DNA from: a phage
Assembly: GCA_024614665.1 (NCBI GenBank)
Contig: GCA_024614665.1_4861.1
DNA length: 64,000 nt
Direction: 5' to 3' (one strand)
Positions 10,121-18,841 of this stretch are shown here, piece by piece. The translations under genes were made by a program, and so were the position numbers. Within the stretch, counting starts at the first letter, position 1. Each line of letters starts with the position of its first letter. Below the pieces are notes generated by a model. The model had not been told where the DNA came from. It saw only the letters and a program-made list of their open reading frames with translations, and ran no database searches.

Positions 10121-11125
10121 TCAGAGAATCATCCCAACGAGTGCTACCCCTGCAGCCAAATACGCGGGAATGGATTTCAAGAACTCCGAGCTATCTTTTC
10201 GCTGATAAGCTCGGGACTCGTATTGGTCTTTACGAACATCGGAACGCAACTTAAGCTCATTCGTCTGGATTGCGTTAAGGGTGTTAATCCTCTCCTTCTC
10301 CAGCGCCAGATTATTAAGTTGCGTACGATAATCGAGGTCTTGCCGATTCTTTTTCTCATCGAGATCTTGCAACTTGGCCTGATACGTGGCTTCCAGCTTC
10401 GCACGAACATCTCGCAACTCTGGAATGTTATCGAGCCACCGATAACGCCTCGCTTCTTCTTCAGATGCAAACGCCCGGAACGGGGACATCGGGTCATCGA
10501 AAGCGTACATTATCATTTTACCCCCTTCGACACACTCCGCACCACCGATTACCATGTAAATACCCTCGTCGTAATACTTCGATCGAATCGGTTCGACTTC
10601 CAACATCGTTGTATAGAACCTCAGCCACTTTAAAGGTGCTGGGTCTTCGTACTTCTGCACAACTACCACGCCCAAGGCAAATTCTTTACGATCCCCTCCT
10701 GGCTTACCAATAACCTCAGAATCGAGTTTTACTGGTTGAGTAGAGAAAGCCATTCCTAGCTTTTTCAACACCACCAAGTCGCCTCGCATTAACGCACCGA
10801 TATCATCAACTACATACATCAGCGTTGTTTCGCCGTTCGTAGTTAATTCCTTACATATCTGCGCATACTGCTTTGGCGAATGTGCGTCGCGCAAACCAGA
10901 TAGGTTAGCACCGTTCGCAAACACCGTATAGGTCACGTAAATCACAATCCCAAATTCCGCCGCTGTGGTGGACGACGGGGCTAAAACAAAATGCCCGCCA
11001 CTGAGTTCAGTGACGTAAATGGGAAACCCGGTATTATTTTCGTACGTGATAGTCTTCGACACGGCACCACGGTGCATGGGCCGCTGGGTTAGCGTTGGCT
11101 GAACGTCTAAATCATAACGGTTCAT
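10121..11125 (-). CDS. hypothetical protein (about 334 aa)
   Basis: Track ORF 10121..11149; in-frame ATG at 11125 (MNRYDL...) sits about 40 nt downstream of the promoter-like element. Confidence 0.55.
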   Translation of the reverse strand: MNRYDLDVQPTLTQRPMHRGAVSKTITYENNTGFPIYVTELSGGHFVLAPSSTTAAEFGIVIYVTYTVFANGANLSGLRDAHSPKQYAQICKELTTNGETTLMYVVDDIGALMRGDLVVLKKLGMAFSTQPVKLDSEVIGKPGGDRKEFALGVVVVQKYEDPAPLKWLRFYTTMLEVEPIRSKYYDEGIYMVIGGAECVEGGKMIMYAFDDPMSPFRAFASEEEARRYRWLDNIPELRDVRAKLEATYQAKLQDLDEKKNRQDLDYRTQLNNLALEKERINTLNAIQTNELKLRSDVRKDQYESRAYQRKDSSEFLKSIPAYLAAGVALVGMIL

Positions 11126-11164
11126 TGAGCATCCCAGTAATAATACCAAAAGAATTATTCACGT

Positions 11165-11179
11165 AGATAATATCTATCT
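11165..11179 (-). promoter_or_regulatory. promoter-like 15-bp element, type A (plus strand AGATAATATCTATCT)
   Basis: Exact 15-mer shared by 5 sites; about 40 nt upstream of ATG 11125. Confidence 0.5.
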
Positions 11180-11230
11180 CAGATTACTTTGGGCACGGGT
11201 TCATACCCAGTGCCCGTAACGTAAAAAACT

Positions 11231-11929
11231 TTAGGGTATTAGGCGTTGGGCTATTTCGCGGAGTTGGTCGCGGGTTAAATCAGCCAACTTCTGGTCGCCG
11301 AAGCCCAACTTCAGACCCAGCTCGTACCCAGCTTGCGGATACGTGTTCGTGTTTGCTACTGAGAGGAGTGCATCGGCTATCTTTACCATCGTTAACTCGA
11401 GAGACGCATACGGGGCGGGGATCGGCTGATTCACGATTTGGTAATTATAACGCACTGCGGCGTTATCGTAGTCAAACTCCATCCTTCTGCCGAGAACGTT
11501 AAACGACTCCGCAGAATAACTACCAAATGGGTGATTGGCTTTTTCCCACAAATCTTTCCGTTCAGTAAACCCAGTCGCGAAGTTCTGACGTATGGTGTCG
11601 AATATTTGCGTTGCCTGGCTAGGGTGTATATTTTTCAGCTCATTGTAGTCGTAGTCGGCGATGGAATATAGAGTGAACACAACACCGTTTATATTTAACT
11701 GCGGATAATCCATCCGCAGACTGTCATCACCTTGTAAATGAAGTTCCCACATCCTTACCCACTGCAATATCGCGCTTACCGCATCGTGACTGAGATAAAA
11801 ATTAGTAGGTTCTTCAGGATTTTCACGGAAGGGAACAGAGCATTCCGATACAAAAAAGCCGGCTGCCATAAATCCTCTGCCGTCGAACATAGGCGCAACT
11901 AATCTTGATTTTTCTAAATTGATTACCAT
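11231..11929 (-). CDS. hypothetical protein (232 aa)
   Basis: ORF track; ATG 11929; promoter-like element 41 nt upstream. Confidence 0.55.
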   Translation of the reverse strand: MVINLEKSRLVAPMFDGRGFMAAGFFVSECSVPFRENPEEPTNFYLSHDAVSAILQWVRMWELHLQGDDSLRMDYPQLNINGVVFTLYSIADYDYNELKNIHPSQATQIFDTIRQNFATGFTERKDLWEKANHPFGSYSAESFNVLGRRMEFDYDNAAVRYNYQIVNQPIPAPYASLELTMVKIADALLSVANTNTYPQAGYELGLKLGFGDQKLADLTRDQLREIAQRLIP

Positions 11930-11969
11930 TACTGTCTCCTTAAGTTAAAACCGAACGACTCTCTCCCTA

Positions 11970-11984
11970 AGATAATATCTATCT
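11970..11984 (-). promoter_or_regulatory. promoter-like 15-bp element, type A
   Basis: Exact copy AGATAATATCTATCT immediately downstream (minus sense) of a terminator and 41 nt upstream of ATG 11929. Confidence 0.5.
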
Positions 11985-11988
11985 ATAA

Positions 11989-12033
11989 ATTTTTAGAAAA
12001 AAAGAAAAAGCTTACTCCCCGAAGGGAGTAAGC
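11989..12033 (-). terminator. intrinsic terminator (minus strand)
   Basis: Stem cttactccc/gggagtaag, then plus-strand A-tract = U-tract after hairpin in minus transcript; follows stop of gene 12065..14365. Confidence 0.6.
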
Positions 12034-12064
12034 TAATCTTAGGCAACGTAATCCTTACGGATTA

Positions 12065-14365
12065 TTAGCCGCCAGCGCCTTCACCGCCAGTACCTGGCTG
12101 GGTAGCACCGCCGCCAACATCACCAGCATTACCACCGTCAGTACCGCCGGTGCCGTTGGAAGTAGTAGTGACGTTGAACGCCAGTTTCTCTTCCACGAAC
12201 TTGGTGATACCTTTAATCCAGATCAGACCAGTGATCGGGCAGTGGCAGATGTGCGCGTTACGAGGCTGTACTGCCAGCTCTTTGCTGGTAGCGCCGTTAC
12301 GCTGGATGTTGATGTTGGTTACCATGATCGGAGACCAGAAGTGGTTACCCCAGTTCAGAACACAGTAAGAACCATCATCAGCGGTTGGAACTTTCAGAAC
12401 CCACTGCAGGCGGCGAGTCCAGCTGCCGTCAGCTTCGTTCTTCACACGCCAGCGGTCATCGTTGGTGGTGATAACTTCGTACTCGTAGCGATCGCCCAGC
12501 AGACGCTGGTCGCCCTGAACCAGCAGCAGCATTGCAGCAGTCGGTTCGTCAGTTGCGATAACAACTTTCGGCAGTGCGTTCGGGTCCGCAGTCAGCAGGC
12601 GCAGAGCCGGCATGAAGCGAGAGTCCTGGATAGCACGAGTTACCTGGTCACCGATACGCTGTACCAGACCCTGACGGGCGTTGATGAGCGCATCTTTGGT
12701 ATCCAGAGACTGGATCACTTTGTCCACTTCGTAGTCGCTTTCGCTGTACCACGGAGCAACCCAGTGACGGCCCAGGCCGCGGATAGCAGGTTTGTCCCAC
12801 GGAGTGATCATGGACGCAGCTGCGTTCTTAACCGCTTCGGTGTAAGACAGAGTCTGAGTGATAGCCAGCATTTCGTTACGGATGTTAACCGCAGAAACGA
12901 GGTCGTCCAGACGTTCGGTGTCGTCGTATTCAACGCCAACCGGAGATTTGGTCATGATCGGAGAACCGTACTGCAGTTTGTAGTTCTCTTGTTCCCAAAT
13001 CGGGTCGAGCAGAAGGCCCTGGGTTCTCCGGTTCTCGTTGGTACGAGTACCGTCGAAGCGCCAGCCCAGCAGCTCCAGTTTCAGGTTGTCGATGATGACT
13101 TTGCCGGTGCCGCTTTCGATATCAACAGCAGTACCAGTTGCATCGTACAGACCTTCGATTTCCAGAGACGGTGCAGTCACGTCAACACGACCAGAGAACT
13201 GACCGTTGGTGAACAGAGACATGCTGATGTTCATGGAATAACGAATGGTGTAATCGTTCTGTGCCAGAGCGGCCAGTGCCGGGATTTCAGCACCTTTCCA
13301 GTCCAGAGACTTGGCGTTCAGGGAGAACACAGTGCGACGGAACTGCAGGACCAGCTCACGACCATCACCTTCAGGAGGACGCTGGAAGGTAGCGAACTGC
13401 ATGTCGCGTACGTTCAGTTTGATCAGCGCACCATCTTTCGCTTCTTCGCTCGGCTTACGCACAGACAGCAGCAGGCTACCCAGCGCTGCACCCGGTGCGA
13501 TTTCGTCGGTTTCATCGTAACCTTCCTGCACGATACCCGGATGGGCAGACAGCTGGAACAGGTTCAGACGACGCTCAGAGAAGCTCAGGTAGTTGGTCGG
13601 ATACGCCGGCACACGACCCAGCTGAACGTTTTCGTTTTCGATGATGTCTTCGGATACGAAGAACTTCGCGTTCTCACCGGTTTCCATCACGTAAGGTACG
13701 ATACGGATAGCATCGTCCTGCAGGACTTTGTGGTTAGACAGCGCGTTATGCAGCGGCTGACGGTTGTCTTCAACCACGTCTTTGGTCAGCAGGGCGTTCA
13801 GGATACCACGAGTTACAGTAGTAACTTTGGTACGAACGGTGATGCCGACGTCGTTGGTGTCCACAGTGATGGTCGGGAACAGGGTTTCTGCAAACTTGGA
13901 TTGAGTTTCCAGAGCACGCACGTTCAGCGTCCAGGTCAGACCCAGGTTTTTGTCCAGGTCTTTGTTGGTGTAGTATTCGGTTGCGACCAGCGGAGTTTTA
14001 CCGTAGTCAGCAGCCAGGGATGCTGCACCAGAAATAGCGATCGGCATATAGCTGGCGTATTCCGGCTTCGCGCTCTCAGCAGCAACACGGGTCATGAAGT
14101 CATCTTCGTGACCGGCAGCAGCCAGAATCATCGCAGAAGCAACCTGAGCAGCGTGGCTCATGGTTTTGCCAGGGTTTACAGCTTCGTAGTGCTGCTGAGC
14201 AGTGTCACGCAGGTTGGTGAAGCCGGCAGCATTTTTACGTACAGATTCGCCAACGGCTACGGTTTGCCATACGTCATTAGCGGAAGAGCCTGCCTTGGCA
14301 GCAGCGACCAGAGCATTGCCCTGCTGAACCAGCTGGTCCAGACTAGCGATACGGGTATCTTTCAT
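12065..14365 (-). CDS. candidate major virion structural protein (possibly major capsid protein), 766 aa
   Basis: Strongly biased codon usage typical of a very highly expressed gene, flanked by terminator; size in the range I recall for phiKZ-type major capsid proteins; no motif-level proof. Confidence 0.35.
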   Translation of the reverse strand: MKDTRIASLDQLVQQGNALVAAAKAGSSANDVWQTVAVGESVRKNAAGFTNLRDTAQQHYEAVNPGKTMSHAAQVASAMILAAAGHEDDFMTRVAAESAKPEYASYMPIAISGAASLAADYGKTPLVATEYYTNKDLDKNLGLTWTLNVRALETQSKFAETLFPTITVDTNDVGITVRTKVTTVTRGILNALLTKDVVEDNRQPLHNALSNHKVLQDDAIRIVPYVMETGENAKFFVSEDIIENENVQLGRVPAYPTNYLSFSERRLNLFQLSAHPGIVQEGYDETDEIAPGAALGSLLLSVRKPSEEAKDGALIKLNVRDMQFATFQRPPEGDGRELVLQFRRTVFSLNAKSLDWKGAEIPALAALAQNDYTIRYSMNISMSLFTNGQFSGRVDVTAPSLEIEGLYDATGTAVDIESGTGKVIIDNLKLELLGWRFDGTRTNENRRTQGLLLDPIWEQENYKLQYGSPIMTKSPVGVEYDDTERLDDLVSAVNIRNEMLAITQTLSYTEAVKNAAASMITPWDKPAIRGLGRHWVAPWYSESDYEVDKVIQSLDTKDALINARQGLVQRIGDQVTRAIQDSRFMPALRLLTADPNALPKVVIATDEPTAAMLLLVQGDQRLLGDRYEYEVITTNDDRWRVKNEADGSWTRRLQWVLKVPTADDGSYCVLNWGNHFWSPIMVTNINIQRNGATSKELAVQPRNAHICHCPITGLIWIKGITKFVEEKLAFNVTTTSNGTGGTDGGNAGDVGGGATQPGTGGEGAGG

Positions 14366-14377
14366 TTCAAGTTTACC

Positions 14378-14902
14378 TTATTTAGATAAATGACATGCGT
14401 ACAACTGCGTCAGCACTTCGTGCGCAGCAAACTGCGTCGACGTACTGAACGTATCATCCACGACACGAGTCTTGGGACGCATATATTTAAAAAGTTCTGC
14501 GCAGAACATCTTTTTCGCAGCGTGGTCTTCACTTAAAGAAAAACCCGGTCCGGATTTAGCTTCTGCAAAAGACGCCACAACAACATCGCCACGTTGTGAG
14601 AACACCCAACGTAAACGACCGTCGAATGATTCCCCATATAAATCAGCAAGGGTTTCATTCGTACCTTTCTCAACCAGGTTTAAGACCTGGTCATAATAAA
14701 GAGTCGGAAGTGCAGGTGGTGCCATAATCGATTTATAAATCGAAATAGGGTCACTCACTGGCAGTATGATGGAACTAAAGCCCGACGAGCAGTCATATAA
14801 CCAGTTAAAGAAGCTTGCTTGGAGTTCCTCCAACTTTTTAACGCCAGCCCCTTTATCTATGTTAGATTGAACTTCCCACGGTGGACTAAAACGAATTTGC
14901 AT
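14378..14902 (-). CDS. hypothetical protein (about 174 aa)
   Basis: Track ORF 14378..14956; in-frame ATG at 14902 avoids overlap with divergent plus gene; 12-nt gap to downstream gene suggests co-transcription. Confidence 0.5.
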   Translation of the reverse strand: MQIRFSPPWEVQSNIDKGAGVKKLEELQASFFNWLYDCSSGFSSIILPVSDPISIYKSIMAPPALPTLYYDQVLNLVEKGTNETLADLYGESFDGRLRWVFSQRGDVVVASFAEAKSGPGFSLSEDHAAKKMFCAELFKYMRPKTRVVDDTFSTSTQFAAHEVLTQLYACHLSK

Positions 14903-14916
14903 TTTAAGGATGCTCC

Positions 14917-16479
14917 ATGAATAGTAAAATGATGTTGATAACCGCCTTAGCCGCACTGTATACAGAATCTATGCTGACGGACCCTAGCAAGGATCATGAT
15001 GTCATAAGAAAAGTTCTGATGCAGATCAAGCTTCCGGAATATGCGGAAGATGGCGAAGAGCGCTTTGCACTCATCGAGATCAAGGACATTATCACATCTA
15101 TCATAGACGGCGGCATGGAATACGACCACGCGAGCGTTATGAAGCGCTTGAAGCTGGCCACCACTCAAGTACGTCCTCTATACGATACGATTACCAAATT
15201 CCTCGAAGACGATTTGCCCGAGGAAGAAGACAAACGTACCGAGCATCTTAATCGACAACTGTCTCAATATTATTTCCAATTACGTCAATGTTTACAGAGC
15301 GTCGAACTCAAAACAAAAATGGGTCGCGCGTTCGGAGCATTGAATGGAACTGAGACACGTGTTGATCTGAACACCGCAGTGCTCGAACTCAAAGAGGCGC
15401 TATCTACGTTCGGTGAACGCTCTCATAATAAGATTCCATCACTGGTCGGTGAGCTGGTTACAGATAATCGGGCTCCGTTTGTTAAAGTGTTCGACTCGAT
15501 TAACAAGAAAGCAGCAGGTAATGGTTTGCAGACGGGCTGGAAAGCCATTAACCAAATGCTCGGTTGTAACAAAGGGATTACCGAAGAACTGTGGCTAATG
15601 CCGGCGTTACCTTTTAACTGTAAGTCTTTGTTCAGTCTCTTGCTGAGCTTATCGATTCCTATCTTCAACACGCCTGAGAAAGTAATGGCGGATGTGAAGG
15701 GCACACTGCAACCAATTATTCTTGACTTGAGTTTAGAAAACGAACTCGACGTTAACTTAGCTTACGGCTATCAAGCTCTGTACGGTCATTTTGAAGGACA
15801 AGTTCCACAGATGACCATTTCACAGGATGCAACCGCTGAAGAGAAGTTAGCACACACAACAGCAATGTCTGATTACCTCTGTGGTAAGATTCGCGCAAAC
15901 GGTTGGGACTACGTTTTCCAAAAGCACACCAACTCCGATTTTAAAGTGCACTACATCAACGACCTTATTCTCGACTTACGTCGTCGCGGTTATCATGTTG
16001 TTGGCATTCGCGCAGACTACTTAGGCACAATCAGCAAAGCAGGACACGGCAACGGTATTGCCGGGAGTGATATCAAAGAAATTTATCGTATTGCTCGTAA
16101 CATTCAAGTGGTGCGCAACCGTGGGTTCTTAATTGCCCCACACCAGATTTCCCCAGAAGGTAAGCGCTTAAAAGCGTTAGACCCGGTAGGTTTCTGTAAG
16201 AACTTACCTGGTCGTGGTCTTTACGATAGTTGTTCGAGCCTTGATAACGAGGCCGATGGTGAAATGTATTTTAACAAGCGTGTGGTCAACGGCCATAGCT
16301 TCTTAGAAGTTCAACGCGGTAAGCACCGCACCATTATCGATACTAAAGAATCTTATCACTACACAGTGATACCTTTCCAGGATGTTGGCATCCTGCCTTG
16401 GGATTGTGATAAAGAAGAAACCGTAACAGCGTCGTCTATCAACTTCTTCACCGGTGGAATGGGTGATGATTTGTTCTAA
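14917..16479 (+). CDS. hypothetical protein (520 aa)
   Basis: Long ORF with AAGGA RBS; minus strand over the same span has only short ORFs. Confidence 0.6.
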   Translation: MNSKMMLITALAALYTESMLTDPSKDHDVIRKVLMQIKLPEYAEDGEERFALIEIKDIITSIIDGGMEYDHASVMKRLKLATTQVRPLYDTITKFLEDDLPEEEDKRTEHLNRQLSQYYFQLRQCLQSVELKTKMGRAFGALNGTETRVDLNTAVLELKEALSTFGERSHNKIPSLVGELVTDNRAPFVKVFDSINKKAAGNGLQTGWKAINQMLGCNKGITEELWLMPALPFNCKSLFSLLLSLSIPIFNTPEKVMADVKGTLQPIILDLSLENELDVNLAYGYQALYGHFEGQVPQMTISQDATAEEKLAHTTAMSDYLCGKIRANGWDYVFQKHTNSDFKVHYINDLILDLRRRGYHVVGIRADYLGTISKAGHGNGIAGSDIKEIYRIARNIQVVRNRGFLIAPHQISPEGKRLKALDPVGFCKNLPGRGLYDSCSSLDNEADGEMYFNKRVVNGHSFLEVQRGKHRTIIDTKESYHYTVIPFQDVGILPWDCDKEETVTASSINFFTGGMGDDLF

Positions 16480-16488
16480 CGAACACTG

Positions 16489-16506
16489 GGGAGCTTAGGC
16501 TCCCCT
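16489..16506 (+). terminator. hairpin after plus gene (weak terminator candidate)
   Basis: Stem ggggagc/gctcccc 10 nt after stop of 14917..16479; U-tract weak. Confidence 0.35.
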
Positions 16507-16536
16507 ACGGGCAGTTTATGCGTCCTGCCAAGATCA

Positions 16537-16599
16537 AAAAAAAAATACGACGAACTATTTATATGCATGGAATTACCCGAGTGTTCCAGCACTCGGGTA
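16537..16599 (-). terminator. hairpin plus distal U-tract after small gene (terminator candidate)
   Basis: Stem tacccgagtg/cactcgggta (16574-16599), then plus-strand A10 run (16537-16546). Confidence 0.35.
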
Positions 16600-16613
16600 A
16601 GAGTTATTTCATG

Positions 16614-16760
16614 TTAACTTTTGTTTAGTAGTATTTCACCTCCTAAACCCTTGATACGACGAACAGTGTTCTGCTTGGGCGCAGTCAACTGTTGTACACG
16701 TTGGTTGAATTGGGTTTGCTTAACGTAATAGTTAAGTATTTGCGAACGTAGTTGTTCCAT
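16614..16760 (-). CDS. small protein, 48 aa (tandem paralogue 1: MEQLRSQILNYYVKQTQFNQRVQQLTAPKQNTVRRIKGLGGEILLNKS)
   Basis: ATG preceded by AAGGAGG; ungapped similarity to neighbouring 48-aa ORF including C-terminal IKGLGG(D/E)I motif. Confidence 0.45.
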   Translation of the reverse strand: MEQLRSQILNYYVKQTQFNQRVQQLTAPKQNTVRRIKGLGGEILLNKS

Positions 16761-16872
16761 GTAGTGCCTCCTTAGGCAGGTTGTTAATATATCGCTGCGC
16801 TGTGGTGGTACACAATGCACCGATATACTGTCACGGGAGTTAAAAGGGGTGCTCGAACACCCCTGGTTAGTG

Positions 16873-17019
16873 TTACTTCTTATTGAAGATGATGTCACCT
16901 CCTAGTCCTTTAATGGTACGGGTGGAAGTCTGCGGTTGGCGGGTAACCTCTTGCAGACGTTGTTGAAAAGCGACATGTTTCAGCTGTTGCTGACGCAGTT
17001 GTTGCATAAAGGTATTCAT
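16873..17019 (-). CDS. small protein, 48 aa (tandem paralogue 2: MNTFMQQLRQQQLKHVAFQQRLQEVTRQPQTSTRTIKGLGGDIIFNKK)
   Basis: ATG with AGAGG RBS; paralogue of 16614..16760; below ORF-track length cut-off. Confidence 0.45.
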   Translation of the reverse strand: MNTFMQQLRQQQLKHVAFQQRLQEVTRQPQTSTRTIKGLGGDIIFNKK

Positions 17020-17045
17020 GTTAACCTCTAAGTGGATGTGAATAA

Positions 17046-17085
17046 GCTCTCTCCTTCGGGAGAGAGCGCCTTTTATTTTCTTTTC
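17046..17085 (+). terminator. intrinsic terminator (plus orientation)
   Basis: Stem gctctctcc/ggagagagc with TTCG loop followed by ttttattttcttttc. Confidence 0.55.
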
Positions 17086-17126
17086 GGAAAATAAATATAA
17101 AACCCTCTTACCCGAAGGTAAGAGGG
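17086..17126 (-). terminator. intrinsic terminator (minus orientation)
   Basis: Stem ccctcttacc/ggtaagaggg with CGAA loop, U/A-rich tract in minus sense; follows stop of gene 17133..17993. Confidence 0.55.
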
Positions 17127-17132
17127 ATACTA

Positions 17133-17993
17133 CTACGGTTTATAATCAACTTCGTTGATCTTACCGCAAGCCGGACAAGCAATGTTCATTGTCTGCGAAG
17201 TGTAGCGATGTGTTCTCGGTACCGTTGCGACATGATTGCGGTTACAGCCGGAACACGTCCAACCGACCACTGGTGCCTTCGATTGTTTCGGGGCAGGAGT
17301 GTCTTCTTTTAACAATGCGACTACCGCGTGAAATTTACGAAGTTCTGCGTTAACATGCGCTTCCCAGTCGGCGTCCAAACGCGCCGTGAACCAACGTTGA
17401 ATCTTCTGGCCAAGGCCGTCTTGATTTTCTTCTTCATGGGACATCACAAACTTGAGATTTGCGCGACCCCACTGCACAACGTTCTCTACTTTAATCCCGT
17501 CTACGGTGTCGCTGATTGGCGTATAGTTAAAAGTTGGATAGGTGAGATAACAAGCTTCAGCTGTTGCAAAGACCGTATTGCCTTCAAACAGCGCCATGGC
17601 CTCATCGCCCTTAGCATCCTTCTGTGCGGCTTCCAATCGTGGGCAATGGAAACCTTCAAGTTGCTGGATTTTGGTCGTTAGCGCATTGATACCCTGCAGC
17701 ACAGCGATACGCTTTTTGCTGTCTGTAATGGTTGCCATTACCTTGCACAACGCGCGCGAGATAGCGCTATACATTGACGTTTTGCGGTTTTCATCGAGGA
17801 AACGCTCTTGCTGCTCCAGGTCGTAAGAAGACAGGCCGTAGCTCTGCCCTTCGACCAACACGACGTAAGTACGACGTTTGTCGCGGTCCAGCTGGACAAT
17901 GGCCGCATCGGTTAACGGATCGCTAGCCAATACTTCGTGGTCGGGAGGTAGGGGGAAATCTGAACTTTTGATGAAATCAGTAATGCTGTACAT
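17133..17993 (-). CDS. hypothetical protein (286 aa) with C-terminal CxxC...CxxC zinc-ribbon
   Basis: ORF track; C-terminus WTCSGCNRNH...ACPACGKINEVDYKP. Confidence 0.55.
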   Translation of the reverse strand: MYSITDFIKSSDFPLPPDHEVLASDPLTDAAIVQLDRDKRRTYVVLVEGQSYGLSSYDLEQQERFLDENRKTSMYSAISRALCKVMATITDSKKRIAVLQGINALTTKIQQLEGFHCPRLEAAQKDAKGDEAMALFEGNTVFATAEACYLTYPTFNYTPISDTVDGIKVENVVQWGRANLKFVMSHEEENQDGLGQKIQRWFTARLDADWEAHVNAELRKFHAVVALLKEDTPAPKQSKAPVVGWTCSGCNRNHVATVPRTHRYTSQTMNIACPACGKINEVDYKP

Positions 17994-17995
17994 TT

Positions 17996-18418
17996 TTAGT
18001 CCTTAAGAGAGTTAATAAAGTCATCTAAACTAATATCACGGAATGGGAAGTAAACACCTTCAAGCGGAATCGTGTAGTGTTCACTAATGGCACGTTGCCA
18101 ATCCAGAACAGTTGCAGGGTAGTTCACAACCTCAAAGTTAGGATGCGTAATTGGCGGAATTGCGTTGTAAACATAGCCGTTAATATTTTTCGATGGGAAC
18201 GCTGCACGGAACTTCGGCTCCATGTAGAACATTTCCTCTTTTACTTCCTGGCCTTCCCAGAAACGATAACCGCCCTTACCGTCAGGAATATAAATCGCCT
18301 TGTCACGGGGTATAGGGGAATCCTTGGATAGCGGAACAAATCGTCCGTACTGGTCAAGGACCATCCAGTCGGTGTCATTCTTTAAATACTTTTGGAGCTT
18401 CTCATTAATCATTTTCAT
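17996..18418 (-). CDS. hypothetical protein (about 141 aa)
   Basis: Track ORF 17996..18493; in-frame ATG 18418 preceded by TAAGGAAC and placed after an upstream terminator. Confidence 0.5.
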   Translation of the reverse strand: MKMINEKLQKYLKNDTDWMVLDQYGRFVPLSKDSPIPRDKAIYIPDGKGGYRFWEGQEVKEEMFYMEPKFRAAFPSKNINGYVYNAIPPITHPNFEVVNYPATVLDWQRAISEHYTIPLEGVYFPFRDISLDDFINSLKD

Positions 18419-18428
18419 GTTCCTTAGG

Positions 18429-18458
18429 CAAAAAATAATACCACCCGTAGGTGGTATT
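18429..18458 (-). terminator. intrinsic terminator (minus strand)
   Basis: Stem aataccacc/ggtggtatt with CGTA loop, then plus-strand A-tract. Confidence 0.5.
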
Positions 18459-18470
18459 AAATTAGCTATA

Positions 18471-18659
18471 CTACTTCTTCCCGAGTTCCCCACGGAACTT
18501 CGCCAGCTCTTCTTTCCAGTCCGGCTTCGGTAGTGCGCTTTTCGGCCCCACGATAAACGTACGTTCTGAGGTTTGCGGATTCACCTCTACCGTTTCGTTA
18601 TCTTCCACTTCGCGAAGCATGATTCCGTTTTTACCATCGTAATTAACTAAAACACCCAT
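18471..18659 (-). CDS. hypothetical small protein (62 aa)
   Basis: ORF track; start overlaps stop of upstream gene. Confidence 0.35.
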   Translation of the reverse strand: MGVLVNYDGKNGIMLREVEDNETVEVNPQTSERTFIVGPKSALPKPDWKEELAKFRGELGKK

Positions 18660-18841
18660 TAGTAAATCTCCTGCTGCATTGGAAATACATTACCTGTCGG
18701 TGAGACAAGTAAAACTTGCGCGGTAACGTGAACGATTTCTTCTTCGTCCTGACGACGAACACTGTTAGTGAGATTATCCCACTCACGTTTAACACGCGGG
18801 TGAGATAAGAACTCGGCAAACTGCGCATCAGAAAAGTCCAT
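18659..18841 (-). CDS. hypothetical small protein (about 60 aa)
   Basis: Track ORF 18659..18859; ATG at 18841 overlaps the stop of the upstream small gene (TAATG). Confidence 0.35.
   Translation of the reverse strand: MDFSDAQFAEFLSHPRVKREWDNLTNSVRRQDEEEIVHVTAQVLLVSPTGNVFPMQQEIY

Noticed and set aside
10121-11149. Tubulin/FtsZ-like (PhuZ) or RecA-like identity for the 342-aa and 325-aa (30885..31862) proteins
   Set aside because: Searched by eye for the GGGTG[ST]G tubulin signature and Walker motifs; none present.
12242-14389. 715-aa plus-strand ORF antisense to the 766-aa minus-strand gene
   Set aside because: Its translation is Arg/Val/Gln-rich low complexity, typical of the shadow frame of a strongly codon-biased gene; the minus-strand product reads as a real protein with RBS and terminator context.
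16783-16794. Degenerate promoter-like sequence (plus gttaatatatcg) 23 nt upstream of small paralogue 1
   Set aside because: Two bases shorter than the consensus and with different spacing to the ATG; not counted among the seven confident copies.
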